Assembly (NCBI RefSeq): GCF_000027125.1
Contig: NC_017626.1
Reading direction: 5' to 3' (one strand)
Source: Escherichia coli 042
GTDB taxonomy: Bacteria; Pseudomonadota; Gammaproteobacteria; Enterobacterales; Enterobacteriaceae
DNA length: 64,000 nucleotides
The notes beneath the pieces were generated by a model that searched no databases, had not been told where the DNA came from, and worked only from the letters and a program-made list of their open reading frames with translations. This document shows positions 11,158 through 22,418 of this stretch, one piece after another; position 1 is the first letter of the stretch; every line of letters starts with the position of its first letter. The position numbers and the translations under genes are program-made.

Positions 11158-12405
11158 TTACAGGCTATCGATTAACAATTTGCCTTTACGGAACATCATC
11201 AGACGCAGGAACACCACCATCAGCGCAGTAATGACTGCCCCCAACGCGATCCCCGCCATGTAGACGCCGAGGTTAGTGACCAGCGGCCATGCCCAGATAG
11301 CGGACTCCGGGAACCATTGCACTGCGCCCAGCCAGACTGCAGCGGTTGAGCCGACAATCGCGCCGACCATATAGGACGGAATGGCGGTGATGGGGCTTTC
11401 CAGTGCAAACGGAATCGCACCTTCACTGATCCCCATAAACGCCAGGAACATGGCGGTTTTACCCTGCGGATAAAGCTGAGCACTGAACAGACGTTTGCCG
11501 GTTAAACGGCGGTCGATAATGGTCGCCAGACCCAGACCAATCGGCGGAATAACGATAGCGATAGAACGTGCGGTGACCGGTAATACGTGGTCCGTGGTAA
11601 AGCTGAAGGCAACGAAACCAGCTGCTTTGTTGATCGGGCCACCAAGGTCAATTGCTGTCGCCGCGGCGATCCCCATCGCGTACATCAGCGCGCCCTTCTC
11701 ACCTGCGGCAGTCAGCACGGTACGGATACCGCCGTTGATCCAGCCGCCAAAGGGGGTGATGACGTAGTACATCGCCAGCATGACAAAAATGGCGGAAAGA
11801 ATCGGTAGCAAAAATGTGGTTTTGAACGCTAACAGGAAATCCGGTAACTGGATTTTCTGGTTCATCCATTTCACAAGGTAACCAGCAACGATAGAAATAA
11901 TCAGGGCACCAATGAAGGTGGACGGCACCGGCGAAGAGGTCGCCCATTGCATAGTGCTGGGATCGAAGTTCAGCAGTTGCGTCGGCTGGGTAGACATCAA
12001 GCCGCCAATAAAACCAGCCGGGAACGCCAGTTTGCCGCCGATAGAGTTCGCCACAAAAGCGGCAAACATCGGAATGGCGAAACCAAACAACACGCCGCCG
12101 AAGGACTGCGACAGCCAGGCAAATTTCAGTAAGGAAAGGTCGAAACCGGAGAATTTCCCGCTATTAAGAGCATCCATGATGCCGATATCAGCAGGAATTT
12201 TAAGCCAGCTATAAGCAATCAGCTGGCTGAAAGCGAGGATCACACCGCCCATAATTAAGGTCGGCACCATGCGTGAAATCCCTGACATCACATGCTGCGG
12301 GAGTTCACCCCAGAAGCTGCTTTTAGAGGCCTGCGGATTCTTAACTGCCGCTGCCGCACCGGATGCGCCAGGCACAACGGTTGCACTGCGTTTTTTAATG
12401 GCCAT
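11158..12405 (-). CDS. fryC: PTS fructose-like EIIC component
   Basis: 415-aa polytopic membrane ORF recognised as FryC. Confidence 0.85.
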   Translation of the reverse strand: MAIKKRSATVVPGASGAAAAVKNPQASKSSFWGELPQHVMSGISRMVPTLIMGGVILAFSQLIAYSWLKIPADIGIMDALNSGKFSGFDLSLLKFAWLSQSFGGVLFGFAIPMFAAFVANSIGGKLAFPAGFIGGLMSTQPTQLLNFDPSTMQWATSSPVPSTFIGALIISIVAGYLVKWMNQKIQLPDFLLAFKTTFLLPILSAIFVMLAMYYVITPFGGWINGGIRTVLTAAGEKGALMYAMGIAAATAIDLGGPINKAAGFVAFSFTTDHVLPVTARSIAIVIPPIGLGLATIIDRRLTGKRLFSAQLYPQGKTAMFLAFMGISEGAIPFALESPITAIPSYMVGAIVGSTAAVWLGAVQWFPESAIWAWPLVTNLGVYMAGIALGAVITALMVVFLRLMMFRKGKLLIDSL

Positions 12406-12426
12406 AACAATTATCCCTGTCGAATA

Positions 12427-12753
12427 TTACTGTTGTTCAGAGGCAATCATCTCTTCGATTTCTTTGATGATGCCCGCAGCGTTTTTAATTGCGTCCTGCA
12501 AAGTGATTTCATAAACGTCGCGTGATTCGAAACGTTCGTTATCTTCCGGGGTAACCGCCACGGAGTGGATGATGATGGTCGCTTCGGCGATATCCTGCGC
12601 GGTCAGGCGATTCTGGATGCCGTCCGCGCCCTGAGTTTCAATTTTCACTTCATAGCCTGCTTCCACCGCCGCTTCTTCCAGCGCCTGGGCAGCCATAAAG
12701 GTGTGAGCCAGACCCATCGGGCAGGCACATAAAGCAATCAGTTTCTTACTCAT
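12427..12753 (-). CDS. fryB: PTS fructose-like EIIB component
   Basis: ORF 12427..12804; start trimmed to ATG 12753 (MSKKLIALCACPMG...) giving 108 aa; Cys-containing EIIB motif. Confidence 0.8.
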   Translation of the reverse strand: MSKKLIALCACPMGLAHTFMAAQALEEAAVEAGYEVKIETQGADGIQNRLTAQDIAEATIIIHSVAVTPEDNERFESRDVYEITLQDAIKNAAGIIKEIEEMIASEQQ

Positions 12754-12935
12754 CGTTAATTCCTCGTTCAGTGATAGTTGACGAGTGAAATTATGAACGT
12801 GCAAAACAAATCGCCGTTACCAGACAAATAATGCATTTACTGGAGAATTAATCCCGCTGCACGGAAGTGTGACGCAGGTCGGCCTTGTGAGGGGACACAA
12901 AGGAAAATTGAATTAACTGTATGATTTAAAAGATT

Positions 12936-12957
12936 ATCGGGAGAGTTACCTCCCGAT
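12936..12957 (-). terminator. probable glk terminator hairpin
   Basis: perfect 8-bp inverted repeat atcgggag/ctcccgat 15 nt downstream of glk stop; U-tract is weak. Confidence 0.35.
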
Positions 12958-12971
12958 ATAACAGGAAGGAT

Positions 12972-13937
12972 TTACAGAATGTGACCTAAGGTCTGGCGTA
13001 AATGTGCACCGGAACCGAGAAGACCCGGATTGTCATGGACGATGAGATACACCGGAATATCATGGACATATTCTTTAAAGCGCCCTTTATCTTCAAATGC
13101 GGCACGGAAACCGGAGGCTTTGAAGAACTCAAGGAAGCGCGGCACGATACCACCCGCAATAAACACGCCGCCAAATGTCCCGAGATTGAGCGCCAGATTG
13201 CCGCCAAAACGGCCCATAATGACGCAAAACAGCGACAACGCGCGGCGGCAATCGGTGCAGCTGTCAGCCAGCGCACGTTCGGTAATATCTTTTGGCTTGA
13301 GATTTTCTGGCAGGCGGTTGTCGGCTTTCACAATCGCGCGATACAAATTCACCAGCCCAGGACCAGAAAGCACGCGCTCTGCCGAAACATGACCAATTTC
13401 TGCACGCAGTATTTCGAGGATAATGCCCTCTTCTTCACTATTCGGCGCAAAATCAACGTGACCGCCTTCGCCTGGCAAGCTTACCCAACGCTTATCTACA
13501 TGGACCAGATGCGCAACCCCAAGCCCCGTTCCGGCACCGTAAACCGCAATAGGCTTACCTTCGACCGGTTCTGCGCCACCAAACTGAATCAGATGCTCTT
13601 TTTTCAGCATCGGGATCGCCATCGATACAGCGGTAAAATCGTTAATAATTTCCAGATGGCTAAAACCGAGATTCTTTTTCATTTCGGCAATTGAGAACGC
13701 CCAGGTATGGTTGGTCATTGCCACCCAGTCACCGGTAATTGGGCAAGCGATGGCAATACAGCCGTCTTTCACCTCGACCTTATGTTCTTCAAGATAAACG
13801 CGAATGACCGCTTCGAGGCTGGGGTAATCAAGCCCTGAATAGGTCTTAGCCTGCGAGATTTCACCACTGGCAATATCACACAGAGCAAGACGTGCGTTGG
13901 TGCCGCCCACATCACCGACTAATGCATACTTTGTCAT
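12972..13937 (-). CDS. glk: glucokinase
   Basis: 321-aa ORF recognised as Glk. Confidence 0.92.
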   Translation of the reverse strand: MTKYALVGDVGGTNARLALCDIASGEISQAKTYSGLDYPSLEAVIRVYLEEHKVEVKDGCIAIACPITGDWVAMTNHTWAFSIAEMKKNLGFSHLEIINDFTAVSMAIPMLKKEHLIQFGGAEPVEGKPIAVYGAGTGLGVAHLVHVDKRWVSLPGEGGHVDFAPNSEEEGIILEILRAEIGHVSAERVLSGPGLVNLYRAIVKADNRLPENLKPKDITERALADSCTDCRRALSLFCVIMGRFGGNLALNLGTFGGVFIAGGIVPRFLEFFKASGFRAAFEDKGRFKEYVHDIPVYLIVHDNPGLLGSGAHLRQTLGHIL

Positions 13938-14140
13938 TCTTCAACTGCTCCGCTAAAGTCAAAATAATTCTTTCTCACACTGTAAATACCTGGGGGCATA
14001 ACAACAACGCCGGAAAGGCAGGCTCCCTGTAAATATCGATCTGGGTCACACAATTACTTTATCGTTTCAGCACCAATTGCAGCGATGCCTTTTTGCAAGC
14101 TGGGCAAACTAAGTATCTGACCCCGCATAAGGAATAGAAT

Positions 14141-15397
14141 ATGCTCCATCCGCGAGCCAGAACCATGTTGTTATTATCGCTCCCCGCCGTGGCAATTGGG
14201 ATTGCGTCCAGTCTTATTCTGATTGTGGTGATGAAAATCGCCTCGGTATTACAGAATTTGCTCTGGCAACGACTGCCGGGAACTCTGGGGATAGCCCAGG
14301 ATTCACCTTTCTGGATCATCGCCATATTAACGCTAACAGGTATTGCGGTGGGGTTGGTTATCCGTTTCAGCCAGGGGCATGCCGGACCAGACCCCGCCTG
14401 TGAACCGCTGATCGGCGCACCAGTTCCGCCCTCTGCGCTACCAGGACTTATCGTAGCATTAATTCTCGGTCTTGCTGGCGGCGTCAGCCTGGGGCCGGAA
14501 CATCCGATCATGACCGTCAATATCGCCCTTGCGGTTGCCATTGGCGCTCGTCTGTTACCGCGCGTCAACCGAATGGAGTGGACTATTTTAGCCTCTGCCG
14601 GCACCATCGGCGCGCTGTTTGGCACACCTGTTGCGGCGGCGTTGATATTTTCGCAAACCTTAAATGGCAGTAGTGAAGTTCCGCTATGGGATCGTCTTTT
14701 TGCGCCATTAATGGCGGCAGCAGCTGGTGCACTTACTACCGGATTATTTTTCCATCCCCATTTTTCACTGCCCATTGCGCATTACGGACAGATGGAAATG
14801 ACCGATATTCTCAGCGGTGCAATTGTCGCGGCGATTGCCATCGCAGCAGGGATGGTCGCCGTATGGTGCTTACCACGGTTGCACGCGATGATGCATCAAA
14901 TGAAAAATCCGGTGCTCGTGCTGGGTATTGGCGGATTTATTCTCGGTATTCTGGGGGTTATGGGTGGACCAGTTTCGCTGTTTAAAGGGCTGGATGAGAT
15001 GCAGCAGATGGTGGCAAATCAGGCTTTCAGCACCAGCGATTACTTTTTGCTGGCGGTGATTAAACTTGCCGCCCTGGTCGTTGCTGCCGCCAGTGGCTTT
15101 CGCGGTGGACGAATCTTCCCGGCAGTGTTTGTCGGCGTGGCATTAGGGTTGATGCTGCATGAGCACGTTCCCCCCGTTCCAGCGGCAATAACCGTTTCCT
15201 GCGCTATTCTCGGCATCGTGCTGGTGGTAACACGCGATGGCTGGTTAAGTCTTTTTATGGCGGCAGTCGTTGTACCCAATACCACATTGCTACCGCTGCT
15301 CTGTATCGTCATGCTTCCGGCATGGCTGTTATTAGCAGGTAAGCCGATGATGATGGTCAATCGTCCGAAGCAACAGCCACCCCACGATAACGTTTAG
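14141..15397 (+). CDS. yfeO: putative ion-channel/transport membrane protein
   Basis: 418-aa polytopic ORF recognised as YfeO. Confidence 0.85.
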   Translation: MLHPRARTMLLLSLPAVAIGIASSLILIVVMKIASVLQNLLWQRLPGTLGIAQDSPFWIIAILTLTGIAVGLVIRFSQGHAGPDPACEPLIGAPVPPSALPGLIVALILGLAGGVSLGPEHPIMTVNIALAVAIGARLLPRVNRMEWTILASAGTIGALFGTPVAAALIFSQTLNGSSEVPLWDRLFAPLMAAAAGALTTGLFFHPHFSLPIAHYGQMEMTDILSGAIVAAIAIAAGMVAVWCLPRLHAMMHQMKNPVLVLGIGGFILGILGVMGGPVSLFKGLDEMQQMVANQAFSTSDYFLLAVIKLAALVVAAASGFRGGRIFPAVFVGVALGLMLHEHVPPVPAAITVSCAILGIVLVVTRDGWLSLFMAAVVVPNTTLLPLLCIVMLPAWLLLAGKPMMMVNRPKQQPPHDNV

Positions 15398-15511
15398 CAA
15401 AAAATGCTCTCCTTTATGATTTAAGAGTTATGGCGATGATACGGGGCTTTACCTCCCCGTAATATTGCGTTAACAGGCCGCTGACGGCTTCGATCGTGAA
15501 GGAGAATAACA

Positions 15512-15838
15512 ATGTTCAGGTCACTGTTTCTGGCGGCCGCCCTGATGGCATTTACCCCGCTTGCGGCAAACGCAGGTGAAATCACCCTACTGCCATCAAT
15601 CAAATTACAAATTGGCGATCGCGATCATTACGGTAATTACTGGGACGGTGGTCACTGGCGCGACCGTGACTACTGGCATCGCAATTATGAATGGCGTAAG
15701 AACCGCTGGTGGCGTCATGATAATGGCTACCATCGTGGCTGGGATAAGCGTAAAGCGTATGAGCGTGGCTATCGTGAAGGCTGGCGCGATCGTGACGATC
15801 ATCGCGGAAAAGGCCGCGGACATGGACATCGCCATTAA
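15512..15838 (+). CDS. ypeC: small secreted protein rich in His/Arg/Asp/Trp/Tyr (DUF2502-like)
   Basis: 108-aa ORF with signal peptide ([21 protein letters not shown]) followed by low-complexity RDxxYW / HRGW repeats. Confidence 0.8.
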
Positions 15839-15862
15839 ACGCGTCCGTCAATGGAGCACAAT

Positions 15863-15951
15863 GCCTGATGCGACGCTAGCGCGTCTTATCAGGCCTACAA
15901 ACCGTCTCTTTAACGCGTAGGGCGGATAAGGCGTTTTACGCCGCATCCGCC
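15863..15951. repeat. REP pair (BIME-like) between ypeC and mntH
   Basis: gcctgatgcgacgctagcgcgtcttatcaggcctac and gggcggataaggcgttttacgccgcatccgcc, canonical REP palindromes. Confidence 0.7.
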
Positions 15952-15979
15952 AATGGTGCCAGATGCGACACCAGCTGAA

Positions 15980-17227
<1,248 letters not shown>

Positions 17228-17230
17228 CTA

Positions 17231-17252
17231 AAACATAGCCTTTGCTATGTTT
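17231..17252. promoter_or_regulatory. MntR operator upstream of mntH
   Basis: dyad AAACATAGC-N4-GCTATGTTT, 13 bp upstream of the mntH start codon. Confidence 0.7.
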
Positions 17253-17267
17253 CATGCTATGCCAAAC

Positions 17268-17289
17268 GAGAATGATTATCAAATTCATT
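17268..17289. promoter_or_regulatory. Fur box upstream of mntH
   Basis: gagaatgattatcaaattcatt resembles Fur consensus GATAATGATAATCATTATC. Confidence 0.55.
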
Positions 17290-17553
17290 TAAATGGGTTG
17301 TGGTGATTTCTCTGATAGACCAGGATTATGACTACGAAAAGATTGATGACTTGAATGTTATGGTTATGTTTAATGTTAGCACATTTACATAACTTTCAGC
17401 TTCCATACACAACATAGCAGAAATGTATGACAGCTCACTATTTTTGAAGCTGGTCACAGGACGTCATTATAGTGTGTGTCAGATCTCGTTTTCCTTAACC
17501 ATGTTACATAGAATGTGCACGGAAATTTAACCTGCCTCATATTTGGAGCAAAT

Positions 17554-18756
17554 ATGGACCGCGTCCTTCATTTTGTACTGGCACTTGCCGTTGTTGCGAT
17601 TCTCGCACTGCTGGTAAGCAGCGACCGCAAAAAAATTCGTATCCGTTATGTTATTCAACTGCTTGTTATCGAAGTGTTACTGGCGTGGTTCTTCCTGAAC
17701 TCCGACGTTGGTTTAGGCTTCGTGAAAGGCTTCTCCGAAATGTTCGAAAAACTGCTCGGATTTGCCAACGAAGGGACTAACTTCGTCTTTGGTAGCATGA
17801 ATGATCAAGGCCTGGCATTCTTCTTCCTGAAAGTGCTGTGTCCAATCGTCTTTATCTCTGCACTGATCGGTATTCTCCAGCACATTCGCGTGTTGCCGGT
17901 GATTATCCGCGCAATTGGTTTCCTGCTCTCCAAAGTCAACGGCATGGGCAAACTGGAATCCTTTAACGCCGTCAGCTCCCTGATTCTGGGTCAGTCTGAA
18001 AACTTTATTGCCTATAAAGATATCCTTGGCAAAATCTCCCGTAACCGTATGTACACCATGGCAGCAACGGCGATGTCCACCGTGTCGATGTCCATCGTTG
18101 GTGCATACATGACCATGCTGGAACCGAAATACGTCGTTGCAGCGCTGGTACTGAACATGTTCAGCACCTTTATCGTGCTGTCGCTGATCAACCCTTACCG
18201 TGTTGATGCCAGCGAAGAGAACATTCAGATGTCCAACCTACACGAAGGTCAGAGCTTCTTCGAAATGCTGGGTGAATACATTCTGGCAGGTTTCAAAGTT
18301 GCCATTATCGTTGCCGCAATGCTGATCGGCTTTATCGCCCTGATCGCCGCGCTGAACGCACTGTTTGCTACCGTGACTGGCTGGTTTGGCTACAGCATCT
18401 CCTTCCAGGGCATCCTGGGCTACATCTTCTATCCGATTGCATGGGTGATGGGTGTTCCTTCCAGTGAAGCACTGCAAGTGGGCAGTATCATGGCGACCAA
18501 ACTGGTTTCCAACGAGTTCGTTGCGATGATGGATCTGCAGAAAATTGCTTCCACGCTCTCTCCGCGTGCTGAAGGCATCATCTCTGTGTTCCTGGTTTCC
18601 TTCGCTAACTTCTCTTCTATCGGGATTATCGCCGGTGCGGTTAAAGGCCTGAATGAAGAGCAAGGTAACGTGGTTTCTCGCTTCGGTCTGAAGCTGGTTT
18701 ACGGCTCTACCCTGGTGAGTGTGCTGTCTGCGTCAATCGCAGCACTGGTGCTGTAA
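17554..18756 (+). CDS. nupC: nucleoside:H+ symporter
   Basis: ORF 17515..18756; start trimmed to ATG 17554 ([13 protein letters not shown]...) giving 400 aa. Confidence 0.9.
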
Positions 18757-18766
18757 GACCATACAT

Positions 18767-18798
18767 AAAAAAGCCGGGGATCATTCCCCGGCTTTTTT
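18767..18798. terminator. bidirectional rho-independent terminator between nupC and pdeA
   Basis: aaaaaagccgggga-tcat-tccccggctttttt, perfect hairpin with A/T runs on both sides. Confidence 0.8.
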
Positions 18799-18805
18799 AC
18801 GCCTG

Positions 18806-20995
18806 TTAATCAGCTAATGGCTGCGGGCGACCAATCAAATACCCTTGCAGATATTGCACCCCGAGCTTATGCAATAGCGCCTGCTGCTGTTGCGTCTCGA
18901 CAAACTCCGCGACCACACTCAATGACTTCGCTTTCGCCAGATCGGTAATTGATCTCACAATCATCGCATCCAGCGTATTCGTGACGATATCTTTCACAAA
19001 GACGCCATCAATTTTGATGATATCAGCCTGCAAACGCTTTAACCGTTCGTAGTTGGCATAACCGGTGCCAAAGTCATCAATCGCAATCCGGAAACCAAAC
19101 TTATGCAGTTGCTCGATGTTGTACATGCTGCTTTCTGCGTTAGAAAACGCCTGCTCCTCGGTGATCTCAAGAATGACCGCCTGCGGGGAGATGTTATAAC
19201 GCTTAAACAGACGAATAATCCGCCCGGCAATATTCTTTTGCAGCAGCGTGAGCGGCATTAAATTGACTGAAAAGCGCGGGCCTTTTTTGTCGCAAGGATG
19301 TGTTGCCAGCCACTTCAACAGGGATTCCAGCACTTGCAAATCAAAACGCGCGCTAAGGTTAAACTGAGCAATAAGGGGCAGAAACTTATCCGGGGTCATA
19401 ATGCCACCGTCATATTTCAGTCGCGCGAGGATCTCATCATAACCTTCACCCTCTTTGTTGCGAATTGGCTGGGCGTAGAGCAGCAAATCACCCTGATCTA
19501 ACGCCGTGCGAATGGTATTCAGCAATAGCACCTGTTTAGTGGTCTGCCCGGAAACCATCTCCTCTCTGCTATCCAGCGCCAGCACATGGTGATGTGCGCA
19601 GGATTGCTCCGCCAGCCAGCTTAACTGCCCCAACAAGGGTTGCAGGGTTTCCTGATTTCCATCAAAACGCCCCCAGGCAGCACCATAGCCCATATCCAGC
19701 CCGGTATTGTTCCAGTGAATTTGCCGACTATTCAGGATGTTAACCATATGCTGGAGTCGCCCTTCCGTTTCCGGCCCACTCAGCACTAACAGCAGTTCAC
19801 TACCCGGCAATTGATACAACTTTTCATTTTCCTGCATCAACGGCAGCAGCGTACGGTAAATTGATCGGATACAGTGAACGCGCATCATTAAGCCGTAATG
19901 ACGACTCATAAACTCAAGATTATCAATGCGCAGGCAGCAAAAACTCTTGCCCGCCTCTTGCTCCGGCGCTTGTTCTAACGCACGAAAGTTGGGTAGGAGC
20001 GTTAACGGATCGGTCAGCGCCTGCAAATGCCAGCGGCGATTAAGCCATTCACTGCGATGATAAATGCGCACCATATAGAGCAGGCAAACGCTAAAGGAAA
20101 TCAGCACCGCGAGAATAAATGCCAGCGAATATTCGGTTTCCACCCCTTGCAAAAAGTTCTGGTTGTAATTCAGAAGGCAAAGCGTTGAAACAGCCCAGGT
20201 GAGATTTAAAAACGGATAGCGGAGCTTACCGACCCCGAGGGTAAAGATAATGAAGAAAACGGGCACCAGGTAACCGGCAATAAAGTCATTTTCATACGGT
20301 GTGCACAGCAGAAGTAGCAGCACGCTTAACGCTGCCAGCCAGCTTAAGGTAAATGCGCGTTTCTCTTTGCCCAACGACGGAGCGATATCCCTGCGCCACA
20401 ATATCTGCGCAAAGTGGGGACTTACAATCATGCGAGTGAGATAGTAGAAAAGCATGTTGTAAATCAGCACAGCGGTGAAAAGGCTTAGCAAATCAACGAC
20501 CGTGAAAATGGCATCCGCATCGCCGAAAAAGGTGGATATCTTTAGCGGGAAATCAAAGAAGCTCCCCACAAGATACATGCTGCATTTGATGCCGATCGGC
20601 GTCACCAAACCAAGCCAGAACAGACGTTGCCAGACATATCGGCTGGTCAATCCATAACGCCAACGCGTCCCCAGCTGCCAGCGTAATATTGCGCAGGCAC
20701 ACAACACGACAAACGTCTGGCTGCCGAGCATGACCGCAGTCTGTAAAAAAGAGAGATGAAAGTTCCACAGATTGGTGCAAAACATCCCGCATAAAACGGG
20801 AACGACACCGCGCCAGCCAAAGATAAACAAGATTGACAGCATTACGCACAGTGGCATCCACGCCAGAAAGATATAACTGGAATGGATAATGGCAAGTGGC
20901 GAAATAAAACGGGATAGCTGAATAAGTACCACGGTGAGCGTAAACGCTAGTGTGAATATCTTGATATTTTTTATCAGGTTATGCTCCACAAACAT
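18806..20995 (-). CDS. pdeA: c-di-GMP phosphodiesterase (MASE1, GGDEF-like and EAL domains)
   Basis: ORF 18806..21055; start trimmed to ATG 20995 (MFVEHNLIKN...) giving 729 aa; recognised as YfeA/PdeA. Confidence 0.85.
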   Translation of the reverse strand: MFVEHNLIKNIKIFTLAFTLTVVLIQLSRFISPLAIIHSSYIFLAWMPLCVMLSILFIFGWRGVVPVLCGMFCTNLWNFHLSFLQTAVMLGSQTFVVLCACAILRWQLGTRWRYGLTSRYVWQRLFWLGLVTPIGIKCSMYLVGSFFDFPLKISTFFGDADAIFTVVDLLSLFTAVLIYNMLFYYLTRMIVSPHFAQILWRRDIAPSLGKEKRAFTLSWLAALSVLLLLLCTPYENDFIAGYLVPVFFIIFTLGVGKLRYPFLNLTWAVSTLCLLNYNQNFLQGVETEYSLAFILAVLISFSVCLLYMVRIYHRSEWLNRRWHLQALTDPLTLLPNFRALEQAPEQEAGKSFCCLRIDNLEFMSRHYGLMMRVHCIRSIYRTLLPLMQENEKLYQLPGSELLLVLSGPETEGRLQHMVNILNSRQIHWNNTGLDMGYGAAWGRFDGNQETLQPLLGQLSWLAEQSCAHHHVLALDSREEMVSGQTTKQVLLLNTIRTALDQGDLLLYAQPIRNKEGEGYDEILARLKYDGGIMTPDKFLPLIAQFNLSARFDLQVLESLLKWLATHPCDKKGPRFSVNLMPLTLLQKNIAGRIIRLFKRYNISPQAVILEITEEQAFSNAESSMYNIEQLHKFGFRIAIDDFGTGYANYERLKRLQADIIKIDGVFVKDIVTNTLDAMIVRSITDLAKAKSLSVVAEFVETQQQQALLHKLGVQYLQGYLIGRPQPLAD

Positions 20996-21165
20996 GAGTA
21001 CACTACTCTCACTGATCGGGGTTTTCAGGCACACAAATAATAAGTTTATTCGCATCGCGAAGCAAACAGGGGCCAGCCTGTTGCCGATTTTTCATCCAAT
21101 GATGCTTTCACCAGGCGGCACTAACCCGGACGTAGACTGTATTACAAAAGCGGCAAAAAGCAGAG

Positions 21166-21194
21166 ACAAAAAACCCCCGCTTTGCAGCGAGGGT
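21166..21194 (-). terminator. probable terminator of the alaW-alaX tRNA operon
   Basis: GC hairpin (cccccgc / gcgaggg, one mismatch) followed on the minus strand by a U6 tract, 9 nt past the tRNA 3-prime end. Confidence 0.5.
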
Positions 21195-21202
21195 TGGAAA
21201 TT

Positions 21203-21278
<76 letters not shown>

Positions 21279-21317
21279 ACGATGCGTTTACGTACCAAAT
21301 TTGCTGGGTGCAAAATT

Positions 21318-21393
<76 letters not shown>

Positions 21394-21425
21394 GTCACGT
21401 AAAGCTTGTCGAGTTGACGGGCGGC

Positions 21426-21454
21426 ATCATATGAATTCCGCCCGAATGTGTCAA
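21426..21454 (-). promoter_or_regulatory. sigma70 promoter of the alaW-alaX operon
   Basis: minus strand reads TTGACA-17 bp-TATGAT followed by GC-rich discriminator GCCGCCC, about 30 nt upstream of alaW. Confidence 0.55.
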
Positions 21455-21628
21455 CGGCAAAATGCAGCGTGTAGTTTCAATCGCTGAAAAATCAGGCAAA
21501 TGAACAATTTTGGAAAACCGCTCGCATTCAGTAGTTATTCATGTCACGGTTTCCTGTAAAGTGGTGTTATAAAATGAACTACTAATAGACCCACATACAT
21601 TCAGGGAATTGTTATGTTCAAGGAGAGG

Positions 21629-21973
21629 ATGACACCAGATGAACTTGCCAGATTGACCGGCTATAGCCGCCAGACCATCAATAAATGGGTACGCAAGGAA
21701 GGCTGGACAACGTCACCAAAACCAGGCGTCCAGGGTGGCAAAGCCCGACTGGTTCACGTCAATGAACAGGTTCGTGAATATATTCGCAATGCTGAACGTC
21801 CAGAAGGTCAGGGAGAAGCGCCTGCCCTGTCTGGTGATGCGCCGCTTGAAGTGTTGCTGGTGACACTGGCGAAAGAGATGACGCCAGTTGAACAAAAACA
21901 GTTTACATCCTTGCTTCTGCGGGAAGGGATTATCGGATTGTTACAACGCTTAGGGATTCGCGATAGCAAATAA
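21629..21973 (+). CDS. yfeC: small putative DNA-binding protein (YfeC/YfeD family)
   Basis: ORF 21614..21973; start moved to ATG 21629 (MTPDELARL...), which has the AGGAG SD; 114 aa. Confidence 0.75.
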   Translation: MTPDELARLTGYSRQTINKWVRKEGWTTSPKPGVQGGKARLVHVNEQVREYIRNAERPEGQGEAPALSGDAPLEVLLVTLAKEMTPVEQKQFTSLLLREGIIGLLQRLGIRDSK

Positions 21974-21974
21974 T

Positions 21975-22367
21975 ATGAAAAGATTACGCAATAAAATGAC
22001 CACCGAAGAACTGGCTGAATGCCTCGGTGTGGCTAAACAAACTGTTAACCGTTGGATCAGAGAAAAAGGCTGGAAAACGGAAAAATTTCCTGGCGTGAAA
22101 GGCGGTCGTGCCAGACTTATTCTGGTCGATACGCAAGTTTGTGAGTTTATTCAGAACACGCCAGCCTTCCATAACACGCCGATGCTTCTGGAAGCCGAAG
22201 AACCCCTTGCCGAATACGCACCGGGTATTCGCACCCCTGCTTATCGGCAAATCATCAGCGCAATAGACAACATGACTCATAGCGAGCAGGAAAAAGTTGC
22301 GCAATTTTTGTCACGCGAAGGAATTCGTCATTTCCTTGCTCGTCTCGACATAGATGAATCAGCATAA
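21975..22367 (+). CDS. yfeD: small putative DNA-binding protein, paralog of yfeC
   Basis: 130-aa ORF; aligns along its length with YfeC (MTTEELAECLGVAKQTVNRWIREKGW... versus MTPDELARLTGYSRQTINKWVRKEGW...). Confidence 0.8.
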   Translation: MKRLRNKMTTEELAECLGVAKQTVNRWIREKGWKTEKFPGVKGGRARLILVDTQVCEFIQNTPAFHNTPMLLEAEEPLAEYAPGIRTPAYRQIISAIDNMTHSEQEKVAQFLSREGIRHFLARLDIDESA

Positions 22368-22370
22368 ATT

Positions 22371-22409
22371 AAAAACGGCAGGGGTATCTCTCCTGCCGTT
22401 TATCTTTTT
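22371..22409. terminator. bidirectional terminator between yfeD and gltX
   Basis: aaaaa-acggcagg-ggtatctct-cctgccgt-ttatcttttt. Confidence 0.7.
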
Positions 22410-22418
22410 ACACGCTAA

